Shown: positions 25,788-40,300, numbered from the stretch's first letter. The stretch: DNA of 64,000 bases from Callorhinchus milii (GCF_018977255.1 NW_024704743.1:83950001-84014000); one strand, 5' to 3'. Made by a program: numbers and translations. Notes: generated by a model not told the origin, from the letters alone.

Positions 25788-26034
25788 AACAACAACAACA
25801 AGATTCCATTTATAGAGCGCCTTTCACATCGGGAGGACGTCCCAAGGTGCTGTACAGTTGGGTCAGGACCCGAGCATTGGGGGGAAATGGTCAGGGTGAG
25901 GGGAGGGAAGGGAGGGAGCGAGGAGGGGGTAGAGAGTCGAGAGGGGAGCTGAAGGCACGGTCAAAGAGAAAGGTCTTGAGACCGGTCTTGAAGGAGGAAA
26001 GGCGAAGGCACTGGGGGATAGAGTTCCAGAGCCT
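25788..26034 (-). mobile_element. Young L2 3' fragment (subfamily a)
   Basis: Reverse complement of the 21228 and 48249 copies; gtataa on both flanks. Confidence 0.95.
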
Positions 26035-27159
26035 AGCCTAGTATAAGCATACTTAGCTGATATGGGTGATCCTGTTATGATTACTTTTTCTTTGTCTTGG
26101 TTTGGATTTTCCCATTGTTCTCTGATCACATTGATAATGTAGATATAAGAAACTAAGCTGCCTCATTTCTGGAAGTGGGGATCTCACTTGTCCTCTGGGG
26201 ACAGACAGATGAACATGCAAAGGGAAACGATTCAGACAGTACACCTGAGTGTAAAAGATTTTCAATGATTCTGATCTTCTCTGAATCTGTTTGCTATCTG
26301 TATTACTGTATGTTATGCTCGGGCACAAATGCACTTAAAACCACACAGCCTGCAAATGAAGCTGAACTCTGAAAATAGCGCATTCCAGAATTGATCAGTT
26401 TGAAGCATATTGCTGCTGTTTCTTTTCCTACAGGTCAGAATCAATAAAGTGCAGTTTGGACACTGATGCCATCGACATTGTTTCTTGTCAATCGTAGGGA
26501 GGCTGATGGACATGGGAGTGGGTAACACTGGAGGAAGAAAACTGAGAAGCTGTGAATGTAAAGTAACAGAATGTACTAAAATGATTTTTGGGAAACAATT
26601 TATTTTTCTGATTCTCGTGTCTGAGATCCGAAGCTGTGACTTTCTCTTGGCTGGCACCAATCTTCATAGATGAGCACATTTGATTCTCTGTTGCTTACTA
26701 AATTTATTGTCCATAGGCAGTGAAGCTGCAGTGGGACTTTTCCTTTGTAAGATCGGCAAGAGATTCAGACAGCCTCGACCATGAAAGTTGGTAACTTCGA
26801 TAATAGATGATTTTCTCCCAGGTGTCACAAACATTGAAGTGCACAGTAATCATGTCATTTCTCAGCACCTATATCTCACCAGTAGTAATAGTGTCTAAAT
26901 TTCAGGAATCACAAAAGCATTCAAAACAAGTAAATAAATCCCAGTTTGACCCTCTGGAACTTAGCTCAGAAGCTGATTTCACAGAAGTCGAAAGTGAGAT
27001 CTGTTTCCAAGTGAATTTCATGAGGGTTGGCTGGGATTTGTTATTTATTAATTTTTTTTATGACTCCAGCAATCTAATGTCGGTTTCACAACTTATAATT
27101 GTTACCTTGCATCAAAACAGCAGATGCTCCATCATGACAGTCAATATGACACCTACTTC

Positions 27160-27762
27160 CTGGCTCAGTTGGTAGCATTGTTGCCCTAAGTCAGAAGGTT
27201 TTGGATATAAACCCCATGTTAGGACTTTTTGCTGATATAAACTAGGGCTGACACTCCAACATAATACAACACCAACAACAAAATTATATTTATAGAATGC
27301 TTTTCATGTTGGGAGGATGTCCCAAGGCCCCAACATTTCTTCACGCTGAGCTGGGGGGAGGTGACCATAACACAATCGAAGAGGAAGGTCTTCAGTCATA
27401 ATCCAAAAGAGGAGAAGGAAGGGCCAAGATGGAGGAATTGAGCAATACTGCGTTATTGAAGGTGCTGTCCTTTGAATGAGATGTTAAGTCAAGGTCATGT
27501 TTGCCTGTCCAGGTGGACATTAAGAGTCCCATGGAACTGGTTGAAAGGAGAGCAAAGTTTCTCCGGGTGTTCTGACCAACAATCCCCCAGATCATGGCTG
27601 TTTTTCTGGAACATTGCTGTGCACAAGTTGGCTCTTGCATTTGCCTACAAAATACAATCACCACATTTTACAGTAAATCCTGTGAAGCATTTTGAAATCC
27701 CGCCATCACTCCCCCCTTCCCCACGTGAAAGACACTGAATAAAATGCAAGAATTATTATTAT
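27160..27762 (+). mobile_element. Old Deu-type SINE with an inserted L2 tail
   Basis: tggctcagttggtagca head, gaaggtgctgtcctttgaatgagatgttaa, Deu core and attattatt tail; minus-strand L2 piece at about 27270-27430. Confidence 0.7.
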
Positions 27763-29258
27763 TAATAATGACACAAAAAGGCCCAAACTTGCATAAAATA
27801 CCCAAATACATTGCAATATATTATAACAGTAATCTCATCATTAACAAGACAGTTATAAACTGCTTAAGGTTCACTCATGTGGCTTGTGAAGTCGTGTAAA
27901 GTCCACGATGAGATTACTGCCTTGTAATCATTCGCAGTATCCATTATTCTGTACACATTGTGATCCTTAGGGACAAACTATTTATTGATCTGGCTTTGTG
28001 TGAACTTGCATTTTCCTGTGCAATGCAACATTATACATCTTTTAAACAAGTCTGCAGTGTCAGTGTGTGGAAGGAGGAATCGGGTACAATGCTTAGGACT
28101 GTTTGCTTTGCTTACAACAAAGAAAATCTTTCATTTTAACGATCGCTGGCTGACTGCTGACTTGTCATTTCCAGACATCTACAAATTCCTATTTGAATTG
28201 AACAATGCAATTAGTAGCTTGAAACTTCAAAGTTGGGAAAACAAATAAAATCAGGTCATTTCCAATCAAATGGATCAGAGGTACTGGGCATTAGTGACTT
28301 GCTTTTACCCTGTAGTTCTTTATTCATGTGCTTTTTAGCCTGACAGAAACACTTTGATTTGCAAGAAAATTCTGCCGATTACATTGTCCGTTTGTTGCGT
28401 GAAATGAGGTACGAGGTACACTGAGCCTGGTGGGATCTGCTTGAATAGTCCATTCAACAGCCTGAATAAATTACAGTGCAGAATAAAAGGTGTATTTAAT
28501 AGAACATTATGCTACTACAGAGTCAACATTTCAGTATTTGTAAACGCATTTGTCTTTTGAATTGTCTTTTGAATATCAGTGGGAATAATTAAGGAATGCA
28601 ATGTGCTAATTAAGGAATGGTAAAAATTTAGGAGTACTTCAATTCTCTACTGATTAAATGCTGAATAATATTTCTCTGGGAAGAATATAGTGTTAGAGAA
28701 AATTAAATATATCCAGTGTTCATAATAGTAATCCTTGCATTTGATATACTGCCTCATAGCACTCTGCAGATTATACTGTAAAGTGAATTGATTGGGTGCC
28801 CACAAAATATAGTCAAGTATACAATGTTAGTTACACTTTACCTCTAAAACAAAGCTGACACACATTATTTATACACTCATTGTTTTTTTAAAAAAATATT
28901 ACAGTTCCAATTCATTAATCTGCAGAGGTGGGTGCATCTGAGAGGCTTAGTTAAAGGAGAAAGCTTTGTGAATTGGGAGGCAGATTTTCACAAATAACTG
29001 ACGCAATGCAACATAGATGTGCACCTGGAAGGTGGCCAGCAGATGTCCTCAGCGCATAGCGAATGGTGGAATCTGCAGATATTGGGTACTGACACACATT
29101 CCTCAAAACTGTTTATTTTGAAAAAATAAACCCTTTTACGGGAAGAGAAGGTGCACAAGAGGATACCAAGATAATTTAATAGCCTCTTTCACTCAGTTTC
29201 TCCATTTGTTCCTGTGTGGGACTGCCGTGTCTCCGCACGACTCTACAGCTGAAGAAAG

Positions 29259-29330
29259 TTCCCTGACCCAGGGTGGACCTGGGTCCACAGTGGTGAAAGG
29301 GCCGAATCCTAACCACCAGACCACTAGGGA
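29259..29330 (-). pseudogene. tRNA-Glu(TTC) pseudogene
   Basis: Minus strand tccctagtggtctggtggttaggattcggccctttcaccactgtggacccaggtccaccctgggtcagggaa (72 nt) follows vertebrate tRNA-Glu; the T-loop/B-box is degenerate (ggtccaccc instead of ggttcgattcc). Confidence 0.8.
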
Positions 29331-29584
29331 GCACTTGATTGCAAAGTGATTGAAGCTTATTTCTGCTGAGTTCCCTGAGGCTCGTTCTGAATTGACCTGA
29401 ACGAACACAGATCCTTTTAGCCTCAGGTTCACTAGGAATTGATGTAAGAAGAAAAATGTTGAATCCAAATTAGGCCATTTACTGCACCCTAGACCTAATG
29501 GGATGGGGTGGAGGGTGTGGGGCACTGGTGACATGAATGATGAAATCCATGAGATTTACGGGATTTTGAGTTTACAGTCTAATC

Positions 29585-29781
29585 CATTGGTGACCAACCT
29601 TTTTGGTCGGCCAACAAAATAAAATTTCTTGATTGAATATTTCTTGATTCATGACATCAATCAAGAAATTTTCAAACAAGAAAAAACTGGAAACAAAACA
29701 TTGATTTAAAACAGACTCACCTCGACTAGTGCGAATGTTTGGCAGGGCACTTCTTGATGGCCCAGCGGTTGCCCATCACTG
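29585..29781. mobile_element. hAT (Charlie/Buster-type) MITE, 197 bp
   Basis: TIRs cattggtgaccaacc / ggttgcccatcactg; 8-bp flanks gtctaatc (29577-29584) and gtctagac (29782-29789), matching the nTCTAGAn Charlie target. Confidence 0.8.
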
Positions 29782-29914
29782 GTCTAGACTGGCACTCCAG
29801 CAGAGTACTGGGGGTGGGGGCTGCACTGTTGGAGATGTCGTCTTTCAGGTGAAATTTAAACTGAGTTTCAGTCTGCTTGTTCAGAGGGGCATAAGTAAAC
29901 CTTGACACTTTTTG

Positions 29915-30105
29915 AATCATAGAATCATACAGCACAGAAAGAGGCCATTCAGCCATTGCATCTGTATCGGCTCCTAAAAGAGCAATCCAACTCAATCCCA
30001 GTGGTCCGCTTTCTCTCCACAGCCCTGCAATCCTGTCCTCACCAAATACCCATCTACTTCTCTCTTAAAAGTTGTTATTGAATCGGCTTCCACTACACTT
30101 TCAGG
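29915..30105 (-). mobile_element. CR1 3' end fragment
   Basis: gaatcatagaatcatacagcacagaaagaggccattcagcc is the reverse of a CR1 (attctatg)n tail and 3' UTR. Confidence 0.8.
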
Positions 30106-33100
30106 TAAAAGAGGAGTAATTTCTCCTGGCGTGCTGGTGAAATAGTACTTAAGGAGAAGCAAAGAGCGGCCAAATAGGGAGGAGGGGAAACTCTTTTCTA
30201 TGACAATTGAAAATCCAGATTATTATGCAAACGTTCCTGCAGGAACATTTATAGAACTAAATATTACTGATTTCTGTGGCTACCATGGACCTTGCAGTGT
30301 ACTTTATCAGTTTATAGAAGGATTTATCATTAAATGTAACTTAACTCATTGAGAAACAACAGAGGAAGTGATCNTTTTTGGTTATACTGAGTTCCGCTGG
30401 CTAACTCTTTGTTCAATGGATACACCACCCACAAACAATTAATTTCGGCGCAAATTTTTACATGCCTCAAGCATGTGGGAGCTGCAGATAATGTTATCAT
30501 CCAAACACACTCTGAACCAGCAACCTTCATGGCACTAATGGACAGTTAAAACAAGCCCTCACACCTGCAAACATATTCGTTAAGAGACCTCAAGAGACAA
30601 GAATAACTTCTTTATAGCGCCCTTCATACAGGATAAAGTTTCGGAGCGATTCCCTTCATAGATCATGTGAGTCAGGATTCCCTGTTGCAGCATGAACCTT
30701 GCACAGCCTTATACAACAAGCACATTCAGTTTGGCCATGTACACTTTCATGATTACAAGGTCTGTATCTTTCCCATTAAGTTGGAAGACAACCTAACTGT
30801 TACACTGAGCACAATTTCCAGGTCTTTTGCCTACATCCGCTTTGTTCATTTATCAGTGTCTGTTCAAATCAAGTGTTAATTGAAAAAAGGAAAATTAATT
30901 ATTATTCATTTCCTTTAGGGGTTGTATTAACTTTTATTAATGATATTCAATTTCTCGGGGCCTGATAGTAAAAGAGCTTTGCTCAGAATCATTAAAAAAG
31001 TTCTAATGGAACTGCTTTGTTTTTTGAAAAAAGAAGAGATACTTATAATTAACTATCACTGTGATACTTTATTAGTAAAGTAATGAGACTTGGCTTTGCT
31101 AGGAAAGCACTGACATGATTGAGAGTTGTTGATAATGTGCTGTCAAACCTGCAGCAAAGGCAAGTTATCAGTTCACTATCTCCCCATCTCACATAATTCC
31201 CAGACACAATTATTTTTTGATTAATTAAACTTGGAGTACCATTCACGGAGCTATTGTATTGTTAGAAAGGTTACTTCTCTGCTCCGATCTGTCACTTTCA
31301 CAAGTTGCCGGACTCAGAAGTCAAAGAGAAGAGTATCCCTTTGGTGAGGACCCCGATTCAAACCCCCTCAACAGTCTCCTCAGTTTTTTCCTACAACCCT
31401 TTCAGGTCCACACGTCAGGACTTTGAACCACAGTCTCGCTGACACTCAATTGTTGGAAGTGCTGTCCTTTAGATAAGACATTAATTCAAAGTCTTATCTT
31501 CCTTTTCAGGTAGATGTTAAAGATCCCATGGAACTATTTGAAAAATGAAGGGAGTTTCTCCTGATGTCCTGGCCAACAATCACGACAGGTGAAATTGGAC
31601 CTTTATTTTTTGTCTGTTTTGTGGGACATTACACATGTTGACTGCTACTTTTCACCACCAAAATAAACAACGGAAGTACTTCAAGACATATTCTGATGTA
31701 AAAGGTGCTGTATCAAATGTAAGGATTATTATTATTATATATCTTCTCTTTGCTGAGAAACAAATAAATATGGCAAGAAATTCTAGTGACACATGAAAGG
31801 TCATGGAAAATGAAAATGATTGATTCCATAATATCCCATAATATTCAGTGTTGAAAATGATCTAACATAATTTCTGTCAATCTCAATTGGATGGCCAGAG
31901 AAGACATCATGTGTGATATAATCTATAAGGTAAACAATTGTTATCTTTTGGCTGAAGAGAGCAATGTACTTGGCACTGCACCAGATCAATGCTGAAAAAT
32001 AATTATCCAACAAAAATTGCTTCGAGCTCAATTTGCAGCTAAAATGTACAACTAGAAAATCGCTCTCCCTGGACTTTCAAAAAATGGCAGCTGCTAGGAT
32101 CTGAAATGAAAGCAGTCACTTACCTGGAAGGGTGTGCTGTCATTGTATAGGCGATAGTTTTCACTGGCACTAAATAATGGTGGAAATTTCACCCTGGTGT
32201 TGAAGCTGTACTCTGCATTTAATTTGTGTCCCACCTGACTTGTTGGATGTTGACATTGGATATAAAACACTGCAAACAAGTTTCCAACACAGTTATCCAT
32301 CCAGCCAGCCATGGGGTTTGAACTGACAACCTTTTGTGTGGTACAACGAAATAGCACAACACTTAAACCCTGAACCATTGGGAGTTGCTGAATCAGCTTC
32401 TCTCCATAGCAATGACTCCCTTGAAGTGATACAGAGGAAACTCGAATACATTTCTGGGATCGTAAACCAAAATAAAATCCTTCAAAGTTAAATTAATGAA
32501 AAGCACTGAACGAATTCCATGAAAAATAGAGCTGTCAGAAATTTCGTAAAAGAGAATGGCATAATATTAACAAAGTGAAAAGTCCGCAGAGATACAAGAA
32601 AATAAATGCTGGGATGTATTATGTGATGTTTGTAAACTGGATTTGTTGCATTATTTGCAACTTCCAGTTTACGATTAAGAATTTTAAGATTTAACCCATG
32701 TTCTGTCCACTCCAAAATGCTAACTAACAAACCTCACAAATTGTTGAAGGCTGAAAGAGGTTTGTGTTTTGTTTTTCACCCCAAGTAAAAGAGAAAAAGT
32801 TTGACATTGAGTCAGAAAGTAGTACCCAAGGCTTTTTCAGACTTCGCTGACTTTCAAGATTTGATTTTTTTTGTGGGGTAGGTGGATTGGGGGGAATCTG
32901 AAAATCATAAATCTGAATTCATCAACAAATCCACTTTGTGAATATTGAATTACATGGAATGTTAGAACATGGAAACAGGCCATTTGGTTCAACCAGTTCT
33001 TGCCGATTTTATACTCCATATCAGCCTCCATCTCTCATTTTTTCTTCTTTGTCATGCATTGCATTTTAAGAAAAAACCTTTCATAGCCATTTTCACAGCA

Positions 33101-33672
33101 CATTCTACACCAAAACATCTCATAGCATACAGTAATTATTGAGTGCAGTGACTGTTTTAGCAAGAAATTTTAGCCCATCAGTGACCTCAATATTTGATGA
33201 GTTTTTTTTTAAGAATTCACAAGTATTTATTTTGCATACTTTTCCCAATTGAAGTGCTCAATGTACAGCCTTTAGTGCCCTAATTTGGCAAATTATTATA
33301 AATGGCAGTATATTTGGATACTTTGCAACAAATCCAGTCTAAATTCTGTGTACCTATCCCACAATCAACTTTAATAGAATGCATCCATTCATTTTTAAAG
33401 CAATGTCGAGATATAGTTGTCCTTTACTTTGTACCTACATAAAGTATGCTTGACTTAACATGGGAACCTACTATCATATTAATGGCAAATATATAGGGAT
33501 TAGTTGCATATTATGCATCTCATCTTTCCAGATGGCACTTTGTGTAGTGTGAATTTTTGCTTTACTGTTTGATTTGTGTGGGTACCACCCTTAGGCTTTG
33601 AGTGTTGCATGGTGACTTTGTTTATTCAGTGCTAAGCTCCATCAATAGGGCAGACAGAAAGTCTTACACATG

Positions 33673-33985
33673 ATAATAATAATAATAATAATAATACTTG
33701 CACTTTACAAATGTAATTATATTGTATTTGATATAGCGCCTTATCATGTCTTTGAGGCATCTCAAAGTGGTTCACAGAATATACTGTAAAGTGAACTGAC
33801 TATATTTTGTGAGCAAAAAGTGGTAGCCAATTACGCACAGCAGTGTCCCACAAGCAGTCATGAATTTAGTGACCAATTTATTATTATTATTATTTTTTGA
33901 AAGAAATTATTACCCCCAGAAAAGCTCATCCACCAATCGACTAACAACGGTGTTCCTACTTACTGCTACGTAAACAGAAGCATGT
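33673..33985 (-). mobile_element. Long-form SINE lacking its head
   Basis: (taa)n tail, Deu core and the internal gttcctacttactgctacgtaaacag segment. Confidence 0.85.
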
Positions 33986-34611
33986 GATACCAAGCCAAAA
34001 CACAGTCTTGTCCTAGAATTGTCTGCAAAAGCTCCAAAAATTGAAGCTGAATGCAAAAGCGCTGACAGCAAATGACTTGTTGAAATTTTAATTCTCTAAA
34101 TGCATCATGTGGTTTGGGAAGCCAACAAAATCAGGAACAAGAATCTTCCTTTGTGTTGTCCTTTCCAGCAGACAGCAGTTGAAGCTCTGGTGGGTGTATT
34201 TGTTCATCGTATGCCAGTGGATAAAGTTACAACACTCTGCAGATGACGGAAAAGGCAGCCGATGAGAATATGAGACCCAGCAATCCATTACAGCAGATAA
34301 ATACAGAAATCAGAGATGATTGACAGGTACTTGAAAGGAGTCAACTTTCTCTTTTGTGATAACAATCTCTCATTAAAAAAAGACAGACTTCTCTCAATGT
34401 CTATCGAGATTATTTGGGTAGAACTACAACACAATTCCACCTGATAAAGTGCTGATAAAGTATTAATCAAAATATATTTTAATTGCAACAAGGTTACTGT
34501 TAACAGAGATGCGCAAAGCATCGTCTGTGTTCTGCTCCCATCACAGACCTTCCTTGTCTGCTGAAATGATAGTCCCAGGAAACCCACGGTAACTGAAATG
34601 CGAATCAGACC

Positions 34612-34643
<32 letters not shown>

Positions 34644-34952
34644 CCTTGCATTTGATATAGCGCTTTTCACGTCGGGAGGACGTCCCAAAGCGCTTCACAG
34701 AACACACTGTAAAGTGAATTGACTGTATATTTATGGGCGAACGCGGCAGCCAATTGCGCACAGCAATGTCCCACAAACAGTCGTAGATTGAAAATGACTA
34801 ATTTATTATTGTTTTTGGTTTTTGGAGGGATTATTATTAGGCGTGTGGAGTAAGGAAACTTGCCCAAGGTTTCGCCCTGGCCTGCCTGGAATTGAACTCA
34901 GGTCTCTCGCTTGCAAAGCGAGTGCTCTAACCACTGAGCTACAGGTCTCCAC
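34612..34952 (-). mobile_element. Young full-length short-form SINE
   Basis: Near-identical to the 47549, 51482 and 56255 copies; accataat on both flanks. Confidence 0.95.
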
Positions 34953-36144
34953 CATAATTATTTACAATACTCAATTAGCATAGCACTGTGATCTAAAGAC
35001 ATTTAACTGTAAATGAGCCATAATTGAATGCTAATATGTACTGTATACACTTGACAGAAATGAAAAATAGCAGCAATGCTAAAAATATGGTAATCATCAC
35101 AGAAAACCTTATTGCTCCTTGTTGGCTTATGCTTCTGTCTCATCATATTGACCTGTATGGTAATCTGATGAATGTGCCTCTTCTATTCTTTATGCTGCAC
35201 GTTAAATCTCTGGGCACGGAGTATATCATTTATGATCAGGTGGCTGGTGCAAAATAAGTTTGTGTTTGTACAGAGTCCTCATAATAAGTGATGTGTTTAA
35301 TTTTCAATAGCCATGTTGATAATCACACTCTTCTTGTCTATTAGATACAGTCCAAGAATAATGGCCAAAAACCATTCGGTGGTGAACTGTAAAGATATGA
35401 CTACAGACTACAGTTTGCCTACAAATACAATGGACCACACATTGCTGTAAATCCCCTGAAGCACTTTGAGACATCACTGGATTTGAAAGACGCTATAAAG
35501 AGTTTCTCCTGGTACTCTAGCCAACAATTCTCCAAATCCACTTCCTGGTTGTTTGTGGGATTTTGCTGTGTATAATTCTAATGAATTTTTGGCTATAAAG
35601 TACACAGTTACTGCATTATACAGTATATCATATGAGGCGCTTTGGGAAATCCTCCCGATGTGAATAGCTCTCCACCACATGTAAGGGTTATTATTATCAT
35701 AACATATCCAAAGATTGTTTTCGCAGTGCAAAGTGTAAAACAGATTCTAGAAGTTATTTTAGAGCAATTTTAAAAGACAATTTAAATGTTTAAATTTTTA
35801 ACCGTGTTTTGGGAGATAAGGAAAGTAGACTCATAATCTGTTAAAATGTCACAGATCTTCACATACACTCAAATACAAATATTAAAAATAGCAGCTCTTT
35901 GGTTATGGTATGGGACCTGACTTTATATTCAGCCGATTCTAATGGATTAAAGTGTCTTTCCTCTGGTGGATCTTAAGGTTCATAAATGAAATGAACTTGG
36001 GCTGGACTCATCCTATTTATCAATGTCCAAAGTCCAAAATGTAAATACAAAGTCTACAGTCTCAGACTGAGGTGAAACACAGGTCAAGTAGCAGTAGTCA
36101 CAGTTTTGCCTATTCTGTTCAGCAGAGGTCAAACAACTTGATAA

Positions 36145-36384
36145 CAGAGGGTAGTGAATTTATGGAATTCACTACCCCAGAAGGCTGTAGATGCTCAGTC
36201 CTTGAACATCTTCAAGGCTGAGAGTGATAGATTTTAAAAAAATAGAGGGATTAGGTGATATGGGGATAGGGCAGGTAATTAGAGTTAGGTCAGAAGATCA
36301 GCCATGATCTTATCAAATGGTGGGGCAGGCTCGAGGGGCCGAATAGCCTACTCCTGTTCCTAATTCTTATGTTCTTATGTTCTT
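36145..36384 (+). mobile_element. CR1 3' end
   Basis: QRVVNLWNSLPQKAV reading and (ttcttatg)n tail; same family as 46050-46265. Confidence 0.9.
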
Positions 36385-36449
36385 ATTATAAAGCCTTTCA
36401 CTTATAACAAGAGACATAACTAAATGCTACAACTTAGAACTACAACAAT

Positions 36450-36950
36450 CTGAACAGGCTCAATTTCCCAACGAGGCCACATAACTCATGACATTGTTGC
36501 CTACCGGATGCACCCATCACAAGCCTCTTTACAACCAAAAACGGTTATTTACCCCGCAGAGAAAGCTCTGAAAATGGAAATTCTGTGCTAACCAAAGTTC
36601 AGATAAGAAGGACTCGTTATGTTATGACCTCCAAAGATCATACTGCATAGTCAACTGAAAAACAGAGAGCAAAGCTTTGAATGTCTACGCAAATGACACC
36701 AAAACAGTTCAAAACAGAACTTCTTAAATCCTATCCAGACCTGGGAGGCAATGATAACCTTGTCATTGATACACAAATGGAAAAAAAGACATCAAACAAC
36801 CACGTAGCAATGCAAATCCTGCATCAGTGACCACCTCTGTCCCACATGTGGAAAGATCTGTTTTTAGAAGATAGAAAATGATAGTCATATCCAGAGGCAT
36901 AACTATCAAGTTTCACCTGTCATCATCAGTCATTATCCATGAAGATGGAT
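36450..36950 (+). mobile_element. RTE-clade LINE 3' relic
   Basis: Degenerate PKIILHSQLK (compare RTE RLPKxxLYGEL) near 36630 and CPTCGKIC zinc-finger start at about 36838-36861. Confidence 0.55.
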
Positions 36951-37119
36951 GTACGACTGTCACCAAACATATTCAAGGCACAGAAGTTATCAAGATGAAA
37001 CTTGATTAAATTACATGATCATCCAGCTATCGAAGGACTTTTGCAGCATTAAACCACACACTGTTTTTCATATAGTAATTCTTTTTGGTCAGCTGGTTGT
37101 CTGATACATGTGGGAACCT

Positions 37120-37390
37120 GTCACCATGCCTAACAATATCCAAACCAGACTGAGAGATCCATCCATGTATGCCGCCTACACATGGAAATTATTTTGTTTG
37201 GAATGGAATGCACACTCTCTCCCAGATCTCCTGCTTGTCTAAGTATTGGGTGCAGGATGGCAAGAACCAAAATGTGCGTTGGGATATTGCTGGCGTTTAA
37301 CCAGCTAACATGCATAGCTTGCCATTGAAAGCCTGTCTGGCAAGCTTTCCTGATGCAAGTTCAGATGTTAGGACTTTGGCTTGCAGAGGT
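37120..37390 (-). mobile_element. Relic of the old I-group-like LINE family (RNase H start)
   Basis: Minus strand AAYMDGSL at 37175-37152; collinear with 42730-42970. Confidence 0.5.
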
Positions 37391-40300
37391 ATTTTTATGA
37401 ATATATACGGGTCAGCCTTTTACATATCACAAGGTTTCCATTGGAGTTTTAGTAAAAAATTTACATCTTCAGTGCTAATAGTGATATTCACCACTATTAA
37501 TCCCATATTATGATACATGATCAGATAAGAAGGGACAGAGTATTTAAATCATACTAGACTAGGATTGTAATAGCATTTGGTAGGAAGAGTAATAATAATC
37601 AGAACACAGGTCTGATTATTAGGCCCACATAGGGTTAATTACTAATGCACCAACATGACAGCAAACTTCTGCTATGACTTAGTTCAACTTTAAAGGATTA
37701 GAATAAATATTCACTAGCATAATTTCATGCAATGTGTTCAACAAACTCACAGAGCACATAAAGCATTAAGTAACTGTTTTTCCCCCAATTTTATTTCTTT
37801 CCATGAAAACATAAAAAGATCATTTGTACTGTATCAAATCAAATCAAATCACCACGGAAGAGTTTCAGGATTACAATTCCCTCCTAGGTATCCATTGTTC
37901 CATATTTATACTCATGATACACGATGTGTGCAATAAACATATCCTTTCATTTTCACAAAAAAAGCCATCACCAAGTAAAGAACATTTTGGAATTGCAAAT
38001 ACATTATAAAACAACCGTATGTTGGAATAACAAAAAGAACCAGATAATTTTGGATTTGACTCTCATTAGTATTTGAAATAAAATAATACAGAAATCCCAT
38101 CTGTTAATCATTACTTAGAAAGTAATTTAATCCCTTGATATTCCAAAATACATTAAACATCATGTTCAAGCTAACTGGCTCTTGCCTTTTTAATATATAA
38201 ATCTGCGCAGACTATTGAAAAAAAGATTAAAAGAAAGAATTAGAATATTTCAACACAAATCTTTCACTCCAACAGCACTTCATTTTTAATGCCTGCTATA
38301 AAAGTAGTACTTAATGTTTAACAAAGCTCTAATATCTCAACTATAAGAACTACAAACTATAAAAAGAACAGTTGCTTAATGATACCGGAATAACACTGCA
38401 ATAAATAATTATTATGTGTTTTAATGAAAAGATTGCTATTGCACGAAAACTTGAAATAAACAGCTGATCATAGTTAGACCAGACTCGAAGGATTTTCCAC
38501 AGTGACACTGCATTCTCGGGCATTGACTGCTCAGGTCTCATGCAATGCCTTCAGCTACCTGACAGCTTAAGTCTCATTGTACTCTGCATCTCTCTCTGAC
38601 AGTTCATATCACATCATGCTACATTGATATAATACACCAAGGATTTGTGTTTACACTCACTTGACTTCACTGCCCCAACCAAAAACTATTGAATAGAGTT
38701 TAGTAACCTTTTGAAAAGTCTAGAATAAGACATTTAAGTTTTATTGGATTACTAATGCAGGAACGTGAGACAGGGTCATGCAAATGTTCTTTGTTTCTTG
38801 CCACTATGCCCTGAACCTCTGGAACTCCCTGACTCAATCCATCCACATTCCCCTCTTTACCCATTTTTTTTCTCTTCAACCATAATTCCTCCTTTCTCCC
38901 CGACTCAGTGTTAAAATCCATTCCACAATGCTACCCCACATGAAGAGTGCTACATAAATGTAAGTAAATCATCCACTTAAAAAGAGACAAAAATATTAAT
39001 AATAATCCTTGGAATTGATATTAGGCGGATGTTTTAAATCGCTTCAAGGGTTTTACTGCAAAGTGTAGTGACTATATATCCTGTAGGCGAAAATGAGTTT
39101 GCTTTCCTAGCCTGCATAACAAAGCCCTGTCGTAAAGTTGCTAGGCTAACTGTTTTCCCACATTTTCTCATATACTTCTTCATTTTCCTTTGATCTAATG
39201 CTGCTGATCCGCAGCCAGCCTGCTATAGTGTACCACATCCAGGTTAGTGTAGACAGAACATCATATTTGTTGGATGAATCCATGGTGAGGCGTGGGGGGG
39301 GGGTTAATTTGCGATATTTCCAAATGGCATGGGAAGCTTTTTTCGCATCATTAATTTGTGACTTCTGAGTATCATCTACTTTGCAACATTTGTCATCGGC
39401 AATTGCTAACAGTATATTTTAGATCCCATTGTTATAGGTGAGGCAGCAATTGGTAATGAAGAACAATAAACATTTTGTGTTGGAGGTGTGATTGCAAAAT
39501 AGAGCTGGTGCAACAAATTTAATCTAAATATAAACACGTAAGAATATATAATTCCCAGGCATATTTTAATGAATTAATAAAACATTACATGGCACTATCA
39601 AATATTTATAAAGCATTATACAGTTATCTACATTTACAGGCATACTAAAATATTCTAATTAAATATTATAGTGGCATTTTTTTTATTAAATGTGTGTTAA
39701 TTATTTATGGCCATATAATTGCAGTGTTATCTTGTGATTTAAAAAAACAGTTTGTCCTATTAAATCTTTGTTAAACATTAAGTGGTAGTCTTGAGGAACA
39801 CTCAAAATGAAATATTATCAACAGTACTAAGTGACTTGCTTTTGCCGGTCTAACAAGTAATGTGATTTCATTCAGTCTTTGCAATTGCACTCACTGCACC
39901 TACAACGTATGAGATTGTAAAACGAAGCTTAAGAGGAGAGAGCTGCAATCATCACGTAAAACATATTAAGAATTAAGAGTAATCTTTTTGTTTATAGGAT
40001 ATGATCTTCCCAATTGAGAGCAACCCTACAATTAACATGTCAACCTATGCTTAATTCAGTTTCCCTAGCACATCAGTTTCCAAGTGGTACCCAAAGACCC
40101 CAAAACATGGAAACTTAGGAATATCAGGCCCACCTTTATGGTCCACCTGGCCAGTCTCAAAGTAAAAAAAAGAATTCTACATTCCTCTCTTTCTCACATT
40201 CCTCAATTGATTTCTTTGCCAAATTGCTAATTCCTTCTTGAATTGGTAACACAACCTAACTCTACCACCTCGCTTATTTACTGCACGCTTAAAAATAATT

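Noticed and set aside
30374..30374. Single ambiguous base n
   Set aside because: Assembly ambiguity, not a biological feature.
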